Assembly: GCA_023247445.1 (NCBI GenBank)
Contig: JAHFGL010000008.1
Coordinates: forward strand, 13,774 to 77,773
DNA length: 64,000 nucleotides
Direction of reading: 5' to 3'
From: Candidatus Omnitrophota bacterium
GTDB taxonomy: Bacteria; Omnitrophota; Gorgyraeia; Zapsychrales; Zapsychraceae
Shown: positions 9,892-19,312 of the stretch, piece by piece
Position numbering within the stretch: position 1 is the first letter of the stretch
Layout: the number at the start of each line of letters is the position of its first letter
Notes under the pieces: model-generated
Told to the model about the DNA's origin: nothing
Seen by the model: only the letters and a program-made list of their open reading frames with translations
The model's database searches: none
Made by a program: the position numbers and the translations under genes

Positions 9892-10985
9892 TGCAGAAAG
9901 CAAATGTTCTCATAACCGGTGGTGCAGGATTTATTGCCAGTCATTTGGTTGATCTTTTGGTTTCCCAGGGTCATACGGTTAGCATCATCGATAATTTTTC
10001 GACCGGAAGAAGAGAGAATCTCCTTCACCAAGAAGGTCAAGTGCATATCCTTGAAGCGGACATTACTGATTTCAATGCGATTTTCTCTTATTTTGCCGGT
10101 AAAGATATCGTTTTTCATCTGGCGGCTTTAGCCGATATTGTGCCATCTATCGTCAATCCGCGAGGGTATTATGCCTCGAATGTCATGGGAACGATGAATG
10201 TTGTTGAGGCGGCGCGGTTATGTGGTATTAAAAAAGTTGTATATGCGGCTTCATCATCCTGTTATGGTATCCCTACGGAAGAATTTTATCCCACTTCGGA
10301 AAAGGCGCCGAGTAGTCCGCAGTATCCCTATGCGTTGACGAAATATCTGGGTGAAAAAACTCTTCTTCATTGGGGAAAGGTTTATGATTTGGCGGTTATT
10401 TCTCTTCGGTTATTTAATGTGTATGGACCAAGATCAAGGACTTCAGGAACTTATGGTGCGGTTTTTGGCGTTTTTCTGGCGCAAAAATTGGATGGTAAGC
10501 CTTATACAGTTGTCGGCGATGGCAATCAGACCAGAGATTTTGTTTATGTTACGGATGTTGCCGAAGCATTTACCGTGGCCGCTTTTTCGAACGTCAAAAA
10601 TGAAATTTTCAACGTTGGAACGGGTGATCCGCAAAGTATTAATAAATTAGTCGCTCTTTTGGGAGGCAAAAAGGTTAATATTCCCAAACGTCCCGGAGAG
10701 CCCGACTGCACCTGGGCCGATATTCATAAAATTAAATCCATGTTAGGATGGCAGCCAAAGGTTTCTTTTGAAGAAGGCGTTGGAAAAATTTTGGAGCACA
10801 TTGATTATTGGAAGGAAGCTCCCGTTTGGACACCGGAAACAATTGAAAAGGCCACCGAAGAGTGGTTTAAATATTTGAATGGCCGGGAATTATCGACCAT
10901 TCATCCCGAGAAGCGAAGCGATGAGGGATCTACGCTTCGCGATCCTTTGCCATCCGGGCTTCAGGATGAACGCTTGGGTAAGTAA
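9888..10985 (+). CDS. NAD-dependent epimerase/dehydratase (extended SDR)
   Basis: TGGAGFIAS, ASSSCYG, YALTK, FNVYGP, RDFVYV; ATG 9888 overlaps the upstream TGA. Confidence 0.9.
   Translation: MMQKANVLITGGAGFIASHLVDLLVSQGHTVSIIDNFSTGRRENLLHQEGQVHILEADITDFNAIFSYFAGKDIVFHLAALADIVPSIVNPRGYYASNVMGTMNVVEAARLCGIKKVVYAASSSCYGIPTEEFYPTSEKAPSSPQYPYALTKYLGEKTLLHWGKVYDLAVISLRLFNVYGPRSRTSGTYGAVFGVFLAQKLDGKPYTVVGDGNQTRDFVYVTDVAEAFTVAAFSNVKNEIFNVGTGDPQSINKLVALLGGKKVNIPKRPGEPDCTWADIHKIKSMLGWQPKVSFEEGVGKILEHIDYWKEAPVWTPETIEKATEEWFKYLNGRELSTIHPEKRSDEGSTLRDPLPSGLQDERLGK
10900..10970. repeat. REP/MITE-like palindromic element inside the 3' end of the SDR gene
   Basis: Terminal inverted repeat TTCATCCCGA (10900-10909) / TCAGGATGAA (10961-10970), 9/10 match; internal perfect IR GCGAAGCG (10913-10920) / CGCTTCGC (10933-10940); GGATC...GATCC pair; GC-rich relative to flanks. 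Confidence 0.65.
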
Positions 10986-11014
10986 GTCTAATCCCGAGTG
11001 TTCAAAGGACTAAA

Positions 11015-12547
11015 ATGAATAACGGAATTCTAAAAAAAATACAATCACCAGAGAGATTGGCTAAAATCGTTGATGACCTCAAGAAAAAAGGGAAAAAGAT
11101 TGTTCTCTGTCATGGTGTGTTTGACATCGTTCATTTAGGACACATACGACATTTTAATCAAGCCAAACAAAACGGAGACATTCTTATCACCTCATTGACT
11201 AAGGATAAGTATGTCAAACGCGGGCCAGGACGTCCGTTCTTTAATGAGCGTCTGCGGGCTGAGACCTTGGCTTCGCTCGCTATGACCGATTATGTATCCA
11301 TGGTGGATTCACCGACCGCTGTGGATTTTATCAAAAAGGTTAAGCCTAATGTTTATGCCAAAGGCCCTGATTACAAAGCAAAGAATAAAGACGTCACGGG
11401 TAAAATATTTGATGAAGAAGATGCTATTGAAGCGGTGGGAGGAAGGCTTGTCTTTACCGATGATATCACATTCAGTTCCTCAAAACTCTTAAATGATTAT
11501 CTGGATGCGTATCCCGCGCGCACCGTTAAATACTTAAAGGCCATAAATAAGCGTTACACAATTGGCCAGATCGTTGAATCAATCGAGGCGTTAAAAAAAA
11601 TAAAAGTATTGGTGATTGGAGATGCCATCATCGACGAATATCATTACTGTTTCCCATTAGGCAAGTCATCCAAGGAGCATTTGGTTGTTAACCGTTACGA
11701 ATCGAAGGAAATGTTTGCCGGCGGTAGTTTGGCAACGGCTAATAACGCGGCGAGTGTCTGTGGTCAGGTAGATTTAGTGACGGTCCTGGGAAAAAAGAAA
11801 TCCTGCCAGGGCTTTATTGAAAATCATTTGAGTCTGAACGTCAGACCTAAATTTTTTTACCGCTTGGATACAGGAACAATCGTAAAAAGAAGATATGTCA
11901 GTAAGATACAAAATAGGAAGCTTTTTGAAATATGTTATATTAAAGATACGGATATTATTCAGAGCGAAGAAGATAAAATCATTGACCATCTTAAAAAAGT
12001 AATCAAAAATTATGACGTTGTGATCGTTTCCGATTATGGACATGGGTTTCTAACCAAGCGCATACGGGATTTAATTTGCTCCAAGGCCAGATATCTCGCC
12101 TTGAATGTTCAGACTAACAGCGCCAACATTGGATTTAATCTAGTGACAAAATACCCCAGGGCGGATTGCGTGTGCATTGATGAGTTAGAGTTGCGTTATG
12201 CCACTCACGAACGTTTTAGTGATCTGCGGGCGCATGCTAAGAAAGTGTATCAGCAGCTTAGATGCGAACATATCATCGCCACGCGCGGTTCATACGGGTC
12301 TTTGTGTTATTCGGTAAAAAATGGTTTTCATGAAACACCGGCCTTCTCCAGTCGTGTGGTAGACCCTATTGGGGCGGGGGATGCTTTTTTTGCTTTTATC
12401 GCCCCGTGTTTTGCCACCGGGATGCCGCAGGAATTGGTATCCTTTATCGGCAACGCCGTCGGTTCGCTGGCGGTGCAGATTGTTTGCAACCGCGAACCCG
12501 TAAAATCAGTGGATCTTATAAAGTTTATTACAAGATTATTAAAATGA
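11015..12547 (+). CDS. Bifunctional nucleotidyltransferase (RfaE domain II-like, N-terminal) / PfkB sugar kinase (C-terminal); HldE-like with reversed domain order
   Basis: HGVFDIVHLGH (HxGH) and KGPDY at the N-terminus; IGDAIID, SDYGHG and DPIGAGDAFFA (PfkB anion hole) at the C-terminus. Confidence 0.85.
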   Translation: MNNGILKKIQSPERLAKIVDDLKKKGKKIVLCHGVFDIVHLGHIRHFNQAKQNGDILITSLTKDKYVKRGPGRPFFNERLRAETLASLAMTDYVSMVDSPTAVDFIKKVKPNVYAKGPDYKAKNKDVTGKIFDEEDAIEAVGGRLVFTDDITFSSSKLLNDYLDAYPARTVKYLKAINKRYTIGQIVESIEALKKIKVLVIGDAIIDEYHYCFPLGKSSKEHLVVNRYESKEMFAGGSLATANNAASVCGQVDLVTVLGKKKSCQGFIENHLSLNVRPKFFYRLDTGTIVKRRYVSKIQNRKLFEICYIKDTDIIQSEEDKIIDHLKKVIKNYDVVIVSDYGHGFLTKRIRDLICSKARYLALNVQTNSANIGFNLVTKYPRADCVCIDELELRYATHERFSDLRAHAKKVYQQLRCEHIIATRGSYGSLCYSVKNGFHETPAFSSRVVDPIGAGDAFFAFIAPCFATGMPQELVSFIGNAVGSLAVQIVCNREPVKSVDLIKFITRLLK

Positions 12548-12560
12548 AAGGTATCTCCCT

Positions 12561-13586
12561 ATGCGTAAATTGAATTCTGTTTTTGTGACCGGTGGGGCGG
12601 GATATGTCGGCGCCGTGCTGGTCCCGAAGTTATTAAAGAAAGGATACAAGGTTAAAGTTTTGGATTTATACACGTATGGGCTGGATGTCTTTGACGGTAT
12701 CGAGGATAAATCCAATCTTGAGGAAATTAAGGGGGATATTTGCGATGTAGATTTGTTGCAAAAAAGCCTGCGCGGTTGTGATAGTGTCATTCATTTGGCT
12801 TGTATTTCCAATGATCCGAGTTTTGAACTGAATCCCACGTTAAGCCGTAAAGTAAATTATGAAGCCTTTGAGCCGCTGGTACGTATCAGTAAAGAAAGCG
12901 GCGTGCGGCGTTTTATCTACGCTTCCACATGTAGTGTATACGGATTAAGTGATGCGGAAAATGTCACTGAGGATCATCCGCTGGTTCCTATCACGGATTA
13001 CAATAAATACAAAGGGTTATGTGAGCCTATCCTTTTTAAATACCAATCGCCGGAATTTACCGCTGTGACTATCCGGCCGGCCACTGTCTGCGGTTATTCT
13101 CCGCGGCAGCGATTTGACCTCACGGTCAACATTTTAACAAACCATGCGTATAACAACAATCATATCCTTGTCTTCGGCGGCAGTCAGGAGCGCCCGAATC
13201 TGCATATTGAAGATATGACGGATCTTTATGGCCTACTTCTGGAATTACCCGATGAAAAAATCGCCGGCAAGACCTACAACGCGGGTTATCAAAACCGCTC
13301 CGTTGCCGATATCGCTGAGATCGTTCGGCGTGTCATGGCCGAAGAATTGCCCGAGCGGCCCAAGATTACAGTTGAAACAAGACCTTCAGATGATATCCGC
13401 TCTTACCGCATTTCTTCAGAGAAGATAAAACGTGAATTAAATTTTGTCCCGCGGCACACAATTGAAGACGCGGTGCGGGATCTGATTAAAGCATTTAAGG
13501 CCGGTAAGTTTCAAGATTCCCTAAACAATATCCGGTATTTTAATATTAAAACGCTCAAATCAACGGAACCCCAATGCGCTGTCTAA
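12561..13586 (+). CDS. NAD-dependent epimerase/dehydratase (extended SDR)
   Basis: TGGAGYVG, HLACISNDP, STCSVYG, YNKYK. Confidence 0.9.
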   Translation: MRKLNSVFVTGGAGYVGAVLVPKLLKKGYKVKVLDLYTYGLDVFDGIEDKSNLEEIKGDICDVDLLQKSLRGCDSVIHLACISNDPSFELNPTLSRKVNYEAFEPLVRISKESGVRRFIYASTCSVYGLSDAENVTEDHPLVPITDYNKYKGLCEPILFKYQSPEFTAVTIRPATVCGYSPRQRFDLTVNILTNHAYNNNHILVFGGSQERPNLHIEDMTDLYGLLLELPDEKIAGKTYNAGYQNRSVADIAEIVRRVMAEELPERPKITVETRPSDDIRSYRISSEKIKRELNFVPRHTIEDAVRDLIKAFKAGKFQDSLNNIRYFNIKTLKSTEPQCAV

Positions 13587-14689
13587 TGAATATTCCTTAC
13601 GTGGATTTGGCCGAACAGCATACTTCCATTAAAGACGAATTACTAAACGCTGTGGCCAAAGTTTTAGATCATGGAAAATTTATTTTAGGAGAAGAGGTCG
13701 CCGAATTTGAAGAGCGTTTTGCTCAATTATGCGGCGTACAATATGCGGTGGGACTTAATTCGGGGACAGATGCGCTCATTTTAGCTTTACGGGCGCTTGG
13801 CATCGGTTCCGGGGATGAGGTCATTACGGCGGCCAATTCGTTTGTTTCTTCGGCAAGTTGCATTGTGTGTGCGGGTGCCAAGCCCATTTTTGTGGATGTC
13901 GGTGAAGATTATTTGATGGATCCCGCCTTAATTGAAAAAACGATCACGTCCAAGACAAAAGCGTTGTTGCCAGTCCATTGGACAGGTCGTCCGGGGGATA
14001 TGGAGGCTATTAAGACAATTGCTAAAAAATATAAATTAGCCGTCATTGAAGATTGTGCGCAGGCGGTAAATGCCGAGTATCAGGGACAAAAGGTTGGTTC
14101 ATTCGGCGATGCGGGCTGTTTTAGTCTGCATCCCCTTAAGACACTTAATGCCTGCGGCGATGGGGGAGTGCTTACAACTAACCGCCATGATCTTTATGAG
14201 AAAATATTGACGCTGCGGGATAATGGATTTTACCGGCGCAATGAGTGTGTTTCTTGGAGCAATAATTCCCGTCTTGATACAATTCAGGCGGCGATGTTAC
14301 TTGTCAAATTAAATTATCTGGAAAAATGGACGGAGCAACGGCGAAAGAATGCCCGCTTTTATCAACAGCATCTCAAGGATATATCCGGAATACAGTTGCC
14401 GCCTGAAGAAAAAGATATGCGCGCTGTTTATCATACGCTTATCATTCAGGCCGACCGCCGGGATGAATTACAGGCATTTCTCACCGAGCAGGGGATTGGG
14501 ACTAAGGTTCACTACGCTGTACCGATTCATCTGCAGCCGGTGGCTAAAGAATTGGGATATAAAGTGGGAAGCCTGCCAGTGACTGAGCGTCAGGCGGCCA
14601 GGGTTTTGAGTCTGCCGGTTTCTCAATCGTTGCAGCCGGAAATGCTGGAATATGTTGTTAATGCCATACGAGAATTCTACAAAAAATAA
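13586..14689 (+). CDS. DegT/DnrJ/EryC1/StrS sugar aminotransferase
   Basis: SGTDAL, EDCAQA, FSLHPLKTLNACGDGG, NSRLD; TAATG overlap start. Confidence 0.9.
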   Translation: MNIPYVDLAEQHTSIKDELLNAVAKVLDHGKFILGEEVAEFEERFAQLCGVQYAVGLNSGTDALILALRALGIGSGDEVITAANSFVSSASCIVCAGAKPIFVDVGEDYLMDPALIEKTITSKTKALLPVHWTGRPGDMEAIKTIAKKYKLAVIEDCAQAVNAEYQGQKVGSFGDAGCFSLHPLKTLNACGDGGVLTTNRHDLYEKILTLRDNGFYRRNECVSWSNNSRLDTIQAAMLLVKLNYLEKWTEQRRKNARFYQQHLKDISGIQLPPEEKDMRAVYHTLIIQADRRDELQAFLTEQGIGTKVHYAVPIHLQPVAKELGYKVGSLPVTERQAARVLSLPVSQSLQPEMLEYVVNAIREFYKK

Positions 14690-14697
14690 GGGAAATT

Positions 14698-15846
14698 ATG
14701 AACGTACCCTACTCTTATCTTGATGAACAGTTTGCTCAAATTGACGATTACCTTCAGGATGTCCGTAGATTGGTGCAAAGCGGCGATTTTACCTTGGGTC
14801 AAGCGGTGATGGAGTTTGAAGAACGTTTCGCCAAATTGTGCGGTTTGCCATATGCTATTGGTGTCGGGTCCGGTACGGATGCGCTTATCCTCTCTTTAAA
14901 AATTTTAGGGATCGGGCCTGGGGATGAAGTGATTACAACACCCAATACGTTTATCTCAACGGTGGGCGCTATCGCGATGACCGGAGCCCGTCCGGTTTTT
15001 GTCGATAACAATGACGAATACACCATTGATGTCAATCAAATTGAAAAGGCCATTACCTCGAAAACAAAGGCGATCTTGCCTGTGCATTTAACGGGCTGTC
15101 CAGCGGATATGCCGCGGATTATGGACACAGCCAAGAAGCATAAATTGCTTGTCGTGGAAGATGCCGCGCAGGCGATTCTTGCCAAAATCAACGGTAAACA
15201 CGTGGGTTCATGGGGTAAGACGGCCTGCTTTAGTCTGCACCCGCTAAAAAATTTAAATGTTTGGGGGGATGGCGGTGTCATCGTTACGCGTTCGGCTGAG
15301 CTGTGCCGGAAGTTAAAATTATTCCGTAACCATGGGATGACGACTCGCGATGAGATCGAGATGTTTTCACACAATTCTCGCCTGGATTCACTGCAGGCCG
15401 TGATTGGCAATCGGTTGATTAATGAGGTGGAGGATATCACTCAAAAACGCATCGCCAACGCCCGGCAATATGATGAAGCGTTCAAGGATATGAAAGAGTA
15501 CATCACTATTCCTCAACGGTATCCCAGCATTCAGCAGGTTTACCATACCTATGTGCTGCGGGTGAAGAACCGTGACGCGCTTTTGAATCATCTGATTGAA
15601 CGCGGAATTAAGGTCAAAATTCATTATCCCATTCCCGTGCATCTGCAGAAAGCGGCCTCGTATCTGGGTTATAAAAAAGGTGATTTCCCCGTTTGTGAGA
15701 AAGATTCTCAGGCGATTATTAGTTTGCCCGTACATCAGCATCTGACAGCTCAGCAAATAAATTATGTGATTGATTGCGCGCGGGAGTTTTACATTAAGCA
15801 CGACACTAGGAGAACCGCGGACAATGCGTTGTATACTCGGGGTTGA
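14698..15846 (+). CDS. DegT/DnrJ/EryC1/StrS sugar aminotransferase (tandem paralogue)
   Basis: SGTDAL, EDAAQA, FSLHPLKNLNVWGDGG, NSRLD. Confidence 0.9.
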   Translation: MNVPYSYLDEQFAQIDDYLQDVRRLVQSGDFTLGQAVMEFEERFAKLCGLPYAIGVGSGTDALILSLKILGIGPGDEVITTPNTFISTVGAIAMTGARPVFVDNNDEYTIDVNQIEKAITSKTKAILPVHLTGCPADMPRIMDTAKKHKLLVVEDAAQAILAKINGKHVGSWGKTACFSLHPLKNLNVWGDGGVIVTRSAELCRKLKLFRNHGMTTRDEIEMFSHNSRLDSLQAVIGNRLINEVEDITQKRIANARQYDEAFKDMKEYITIPQRYPSIQQVYHTYVLRVKNRDALLNHLIERGIKVKIHYPIPVHLQKAASYLGYKKGDFPVCEKDSQAIISLPVHQHLTAQQINYVIDCAREFYIKHDTRRTADNALYTRG

Positions 15847-16474
15847 TTTTGATAATACCGTTGTTAATTACGACGATGTTCTGTTTAAAACAGCCATGCA
15901 TCTGGGTTTCATCGATTCTAGTGCGGCTAAGGGTAAGAAAAATATCCGTGATTGTATCCGTCAGTTACCAGGAGGGGAAATTAAATGGCAGAAATTACAG
16001 GCGTATGTCTATGGCAAAGCGATGGATGAGGCGATATTAATAGACGGGGTGCGAGAGTTTTTTAATTCTTGCCGGCGGGAGAGTGTCCGCGCTTACATCG
16101 TCAGTCATAAGACTGAATTTGCCGCTTTAGGTATCGAGAAGATCAATTTGAGGGAAACAGCGTTAAATTGGATGAGAAAAAATAATTTCTTCGAAGAGAA
16201 AGGATTGGGGATTTCTGCGGATATGGTGTATTTCGAAGCCAGCCGCTTAGCGAAGATTGAACGCGTTAAACAGTTAGGATGCACGCATTTTATTGATGAC
16301 CTAGAAGAGACGTTTGGTGAAGAGGCGTTCCCAGCGAATATTCATAAAATACTTTATTCTTCTCATCATCATCCTGACGTCGATGTTTGGTCGGCTGATG
16401 CTAAGCCCAATGGTGTAACCGTCATGCGTAATTGGAGGGAGATTTATGACTATTTCTTTAATAAAAGAAGATAG
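15824..16474 (+). CDS. HAD-superfamily hydrolase
   Basis: GVDFDNT (DxD) and FIDD motifs; AGGAG upstream of ATG 15824. Confidence 0.75.
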   Translation: MRCILGVDFDNTVVNYDDVLFKTAMHLGFIDSSAAKGKKNIRDCIRQLPGGEIKWQKLQAYVYGKAMDEAILIDGVREFFNSCRRESVRAYIVSHKTEFAALGIEKINLRETALNWMRKNNFFEEKGLGISADMVYFEASRLAKIERVKQLGCTHFIDDLEETFGEEAFPANIHKILYSSHHHPDVDVWSADAKPNGVTVMRNWREIYDYFFNKRR

Positions 16475-17537
16475 CCGGACTATTTCAGAAATCCAAAATT
16501 TGGCGTCGCAGATGCTCAACAGCAGTGTTATTTTAGCCGAGCGTTTCGGTAACGGATCAAATAGCCGGGTATTCCGGCTTCTATGCACCGATTCCAAACA
16601 GTATGTGGCCAAATTTTATTTCCATCATCCGACTGATCCAAGAGACCGTTTAAATATCGAATATTCCAGCTTTTCTTTTTTAAAGGCTCAGGGTATCACG
16701 AATGTCCCTCATCCTATTATTTTGAATCAGGAGGAATCCTGCGCGATTTATGAATTTATTGAAGGGGAGAAAATCTCTTCCGAAAGTGTCACTGCCGAAA
16801 CGATCACCTCAGCCGTCGATTTTCTAGTAAAACTTAAAGAATTGAAAAAAAATCCGCAAAGCCAGAATTTACCACCGGCTTCGGAAGCGTGTTTTTCAAT
16901 TCAAGCGATTATTGACAACATTCTAGAACGGTTGAATCGATTATATAAATTGCCGGAAGAGACAGAAGGCTACGGTGAGTTTAAGTCTTTTCTTATAAGT
17001 GGCATTAGACCATTTCTAAATATCCTCCGGGAATGGGTGCATCGAAGAGCTGTCCAATTGCATATCCCTTTTAATACCGAGATACCATTCGGGCAAAGGA
17101 CATTAAGTCCATCGGACTTCGGATTTCATAATGCCGTTCGGGACAAAAATGGCCGTATCGTTTTTTTTGATTTTGAATATTTCGGCTGGGATGATCCGGC
17201 GAAACTGATTTGTGATTTTCTCCTTCATCCGGCTATGACATTAAGTGATGAGATAAAGAAGACATTTATTCTAGCTATGGCAGAAAGCTTTAAAGAAAAC
17301 GAACAGTTGATCAAGCGCGTGGCATTAATCTATCCTTTTTTGGGTATAAAATGGTGTTTGATATTTCTAAATGAATTTATTCCTGATGACTTTTCTCGGC
17401 GACTTTACGCCGCGGGCGGCCCCCTTGATCGCGCTAGTGTACGTCAAGAACAATTGTTAAAGGCAAGGAATTTGTATCGCAGGATTAAAGAAACGTATCA
17501 AGATTTTCCTTATCAAAAAGGACATAAATGGCTTTAG
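16446..17537 (+). CDS. Aminoglycoside phosphotransferase/choline kinase-like small-molecule kinase
   Basis: GNGSNSRVF glycine loop, VAKFY, SPSDFGFHN catalytic loop, FFDFEYFGWDD. Confidence 0.75.
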   Translation: MTISLIKEDSRTISEIQNLASQMLNSSVILAERFGNGSNSRVFRLLCTDSKQYVAKFYFHHPTDPRDRLNIEYSSFSFLKAQGITNVPHPIILNQEESCAIYEFIEGEKISSESVTAETITSAVDFLVKLKELKKNPQSQNLPPASEACFSIQAIIDNILERLNRLYKLPEETEGYGEFKSFLISGIRPFLNILREWVHRRAVQLHIPFNTEIPFGQRTLSPSDFGFHNAVRDKNGRIVFFDFEYFGWDDPAKLICDFLLHPAMTLSDEIKKTFILAMAESFKENEQLIKRVALIYPFLGIKWCLIFLNEFIPDDFSRRLYAAGGPLDRASVRQEQLLKARNLYRRIKETYQDFPYQKGHKWL

Positions 17538-18334
17538 ACCAAAGGTCAAAATATTTACGCCGAAGGATCATCGAAACACTCAATGCCGTGCGGCGCGGCC
17601 ATGTGGGAGCGGCTTTATCGCTTGTCGAGATTCTGCGCGTGCTTTACGATGATGTGCTGCATTACGATATTAATAATCCAAAATGGCCGCAGCGGGATCG
17701 CTGTATTTTAAGTAAAGGGCACGGTTGTTTGGCTCTTTATGTGGTTTTGGTGGATAAAGGATTCTTTGCCCAAGAAGAATTGTGGAAATTTTGCGAATCC
17801 GATGGGATTCTCGGTGGACACCCTGAAATTAAAGTGCCGGGAGTAGAGGCTTCCACGGGAAGTTTGGGTCATGGTTTTCCTATTGGTGTGGGATTTGCTT
17901 TAAACGCAAAATATGAGAAGGTAGATTATCGCACGTTTGTCGTTATAGGCGATGGCGAATGTAATGAAGGCTCGATATGGGAAGCGGCGATGTGTGCCAG
18001 TAAGCATAGATTGGATAATCTCATTGTTATTGTAGACCATAATCAATATCAGTCCTATGGACCCACATGTGGGGTCTTGAATTTGGAGCCTTTTGCGGAG
18101 AAATGGAAGGCCTTTGGGTTTGCCGTCGAAGAAGTGGATGGACATGATGTCGGTGCCATGCGCTCTGTTTTGGGGAGGGTTCCTCTTCAAGCAAATAAAC
18201 CAACAGTGATCATTTGTCATACACTTAAAGGCAAGGGGATACGTTGCACCGAAGGTAATTTAAAATGGCATCACAAAAGCGGGATCAGCGATGAAGAAAT
18301 TCAGCAGCTTTACGAAGCGCTGGAGGTGTCTTAA
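17528..18334 (+). CDS. Split transketolase, N-terminal ThDP-binding subunit (copy 1)
   Basis: GHVG, DRCILSKGH, STGSLGHG, GDGECNEGSIWEA, VDGHD. Confidence 0.9.
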   Translation: MALDQRSKYLRRRIIETLNAVRRGHVGAALSLVEILRVLYDDVLHYDINNPKWPQRDRCILSKGHGCLALYVVLVDKGFFAQEELWKFCESDGILGGHPEIKVPGVEASTGSLGHGFPIGVGFALNAKYEKVDYRTFVVIGDGECNEGSIWEAAMCASKHRLDNLIVIVDHNQYQSYGPTCGVLNLEPFAEKWKAFGFAVEEVDGHDVGAMRSVLGRVPLQANKPTVIICHTLKGKGIRCTEGNLKWHHKSGISDEEIQQLYEALEVS

Positions 18335-19299
18335 TGCGTAAAATGTGTCTGGAAATGGTTTATGAATTGGCTCAAAAAGACGAGCGTGTTTTTTTTATCG
18401 GTTCGGATCTGGGTGTAGGAACGTTACAAAAATTTAAAAATGAAATGCCGGAGCGATTTTTTATGGAAGGAATTAGTGAAGCTAATATCATCGGTATGGC
18501 CGCCGGTTTGGCTATGGAAGGAAAAATTCCTTACGTAAATACAATTGCCACCTTTTTAACCCGACGCTGTTTCGAGCAAGTTGTGGTTGATTTGGGATTG
18601 CACAATTTGAATGTCCGTCTTTTAGGAAATGGCGGTGGGCTGGTATATGCACCTTTGGGACCAACCCATGAAGCGATCGATGACCTGGCTATTTTACGAA
18701 CGATTCCGAATATGACCGTTATTGCACCCTGTGATGCTAACGAAATGCACCGTGCTATGCTGCAAACGCTCGATTATCAAGGCCCGATCTATCTGCGCGT
18801 TGCCAAGGGCAATGATCCGATTGTCTCAAGAGACGATATTGCGTTTAAAATCGGCAAGGCACTTTTAATGAGTCCCGGATCGGATGCGCTTATTCTCACA
18901 ACAGGGACCACCTTAAGAATGGGTTTAGAGGCCTCGGCAATATTAAAAAAACGAGGATTAGAGGTGGGGGTTGTACATGTTCCAACCATCAAGCCATTGG
19001 ATAAGAGAACCCTCTTAGAATGTATGGAAAAAATACCGATTGTTGTTACCATTGAGGAGCATAGTGTTATCGGCGGGTTAGGGGGAGCTGTCGCTGAGAT
19101 TATGGCTGAAGCCAATTTTTCATCGGCAAAATATTTTAAACGCGTGGGGATTCCCGATGTTTTTCCTGACCAATATGGTTCTCAGGCGAGCTTGATGGAG
19201 TATTTCGGGATTACGACGGAGAATGTAGTTTCGATTATTCATCGATTCAATCAATCAGAAAAATCACAACAAATATTTGAACAGGAATTTGTTAAATAA
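18334..19299 (+). CDS. Split transketolase, C-terminal subunit (copy 1)
   Basis: GISEANIIGMAAGLA, GPTH, TIEEHSVIGGLG; TAATG coupling. Confidence 0.9.
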   Translation: MRKMCLEMVYELAQKDERVFFIGSDLGVGTLQKFKNEMPERFFMEGISEANIIGMAAGLAMEGKIPYVNTIATFLTRRCFEQVVVDLGLHNLNVRLLGNGGGLVYAPLGPTHEAIDDLAILRTIPNMTVIAPCDANEMHRAMLQTLDYQGPIYLRVAKGNDPIVSRDDIAFKIGKALLMSPGSDALILTTGTTLRMGLEASAILKKRGLEVGVVHVPTIKPLDKRTLLECMEKIPIVVTIEEHSVIGGLGGAVAEIMAEANFSSAKYFKRVGIPDVFPDQYGSQASLMEYFGITTENVVSIIHRFNQSEKSQQIFEQEFVK

Positions 19300-19312
19300 C
19301 AAGGGGGGAACG

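Noticed and set aside
11720-11731. GGCGGTAGTTTG, matching the RfaH ops consensus
   Set aside because: Inside a CDS (codons for AGGSL), not in a leader; a chance match is plausible in 64 kb
16446-17537. APH-like kinase as an antibiotic-resistance gene
   Set aside because: Overlaps biosynthetic genes on both sides and has a divergent catalytic loop (PSDFGFHN); a biosynthetic role is more parsimonious
17528-19299. Transketolase halves as a frameshifted pseudogene
   Set aside because: Two-subunit transketolases are a known architecture; both pairs here break at the same domain boundary with coupled stop/start codons
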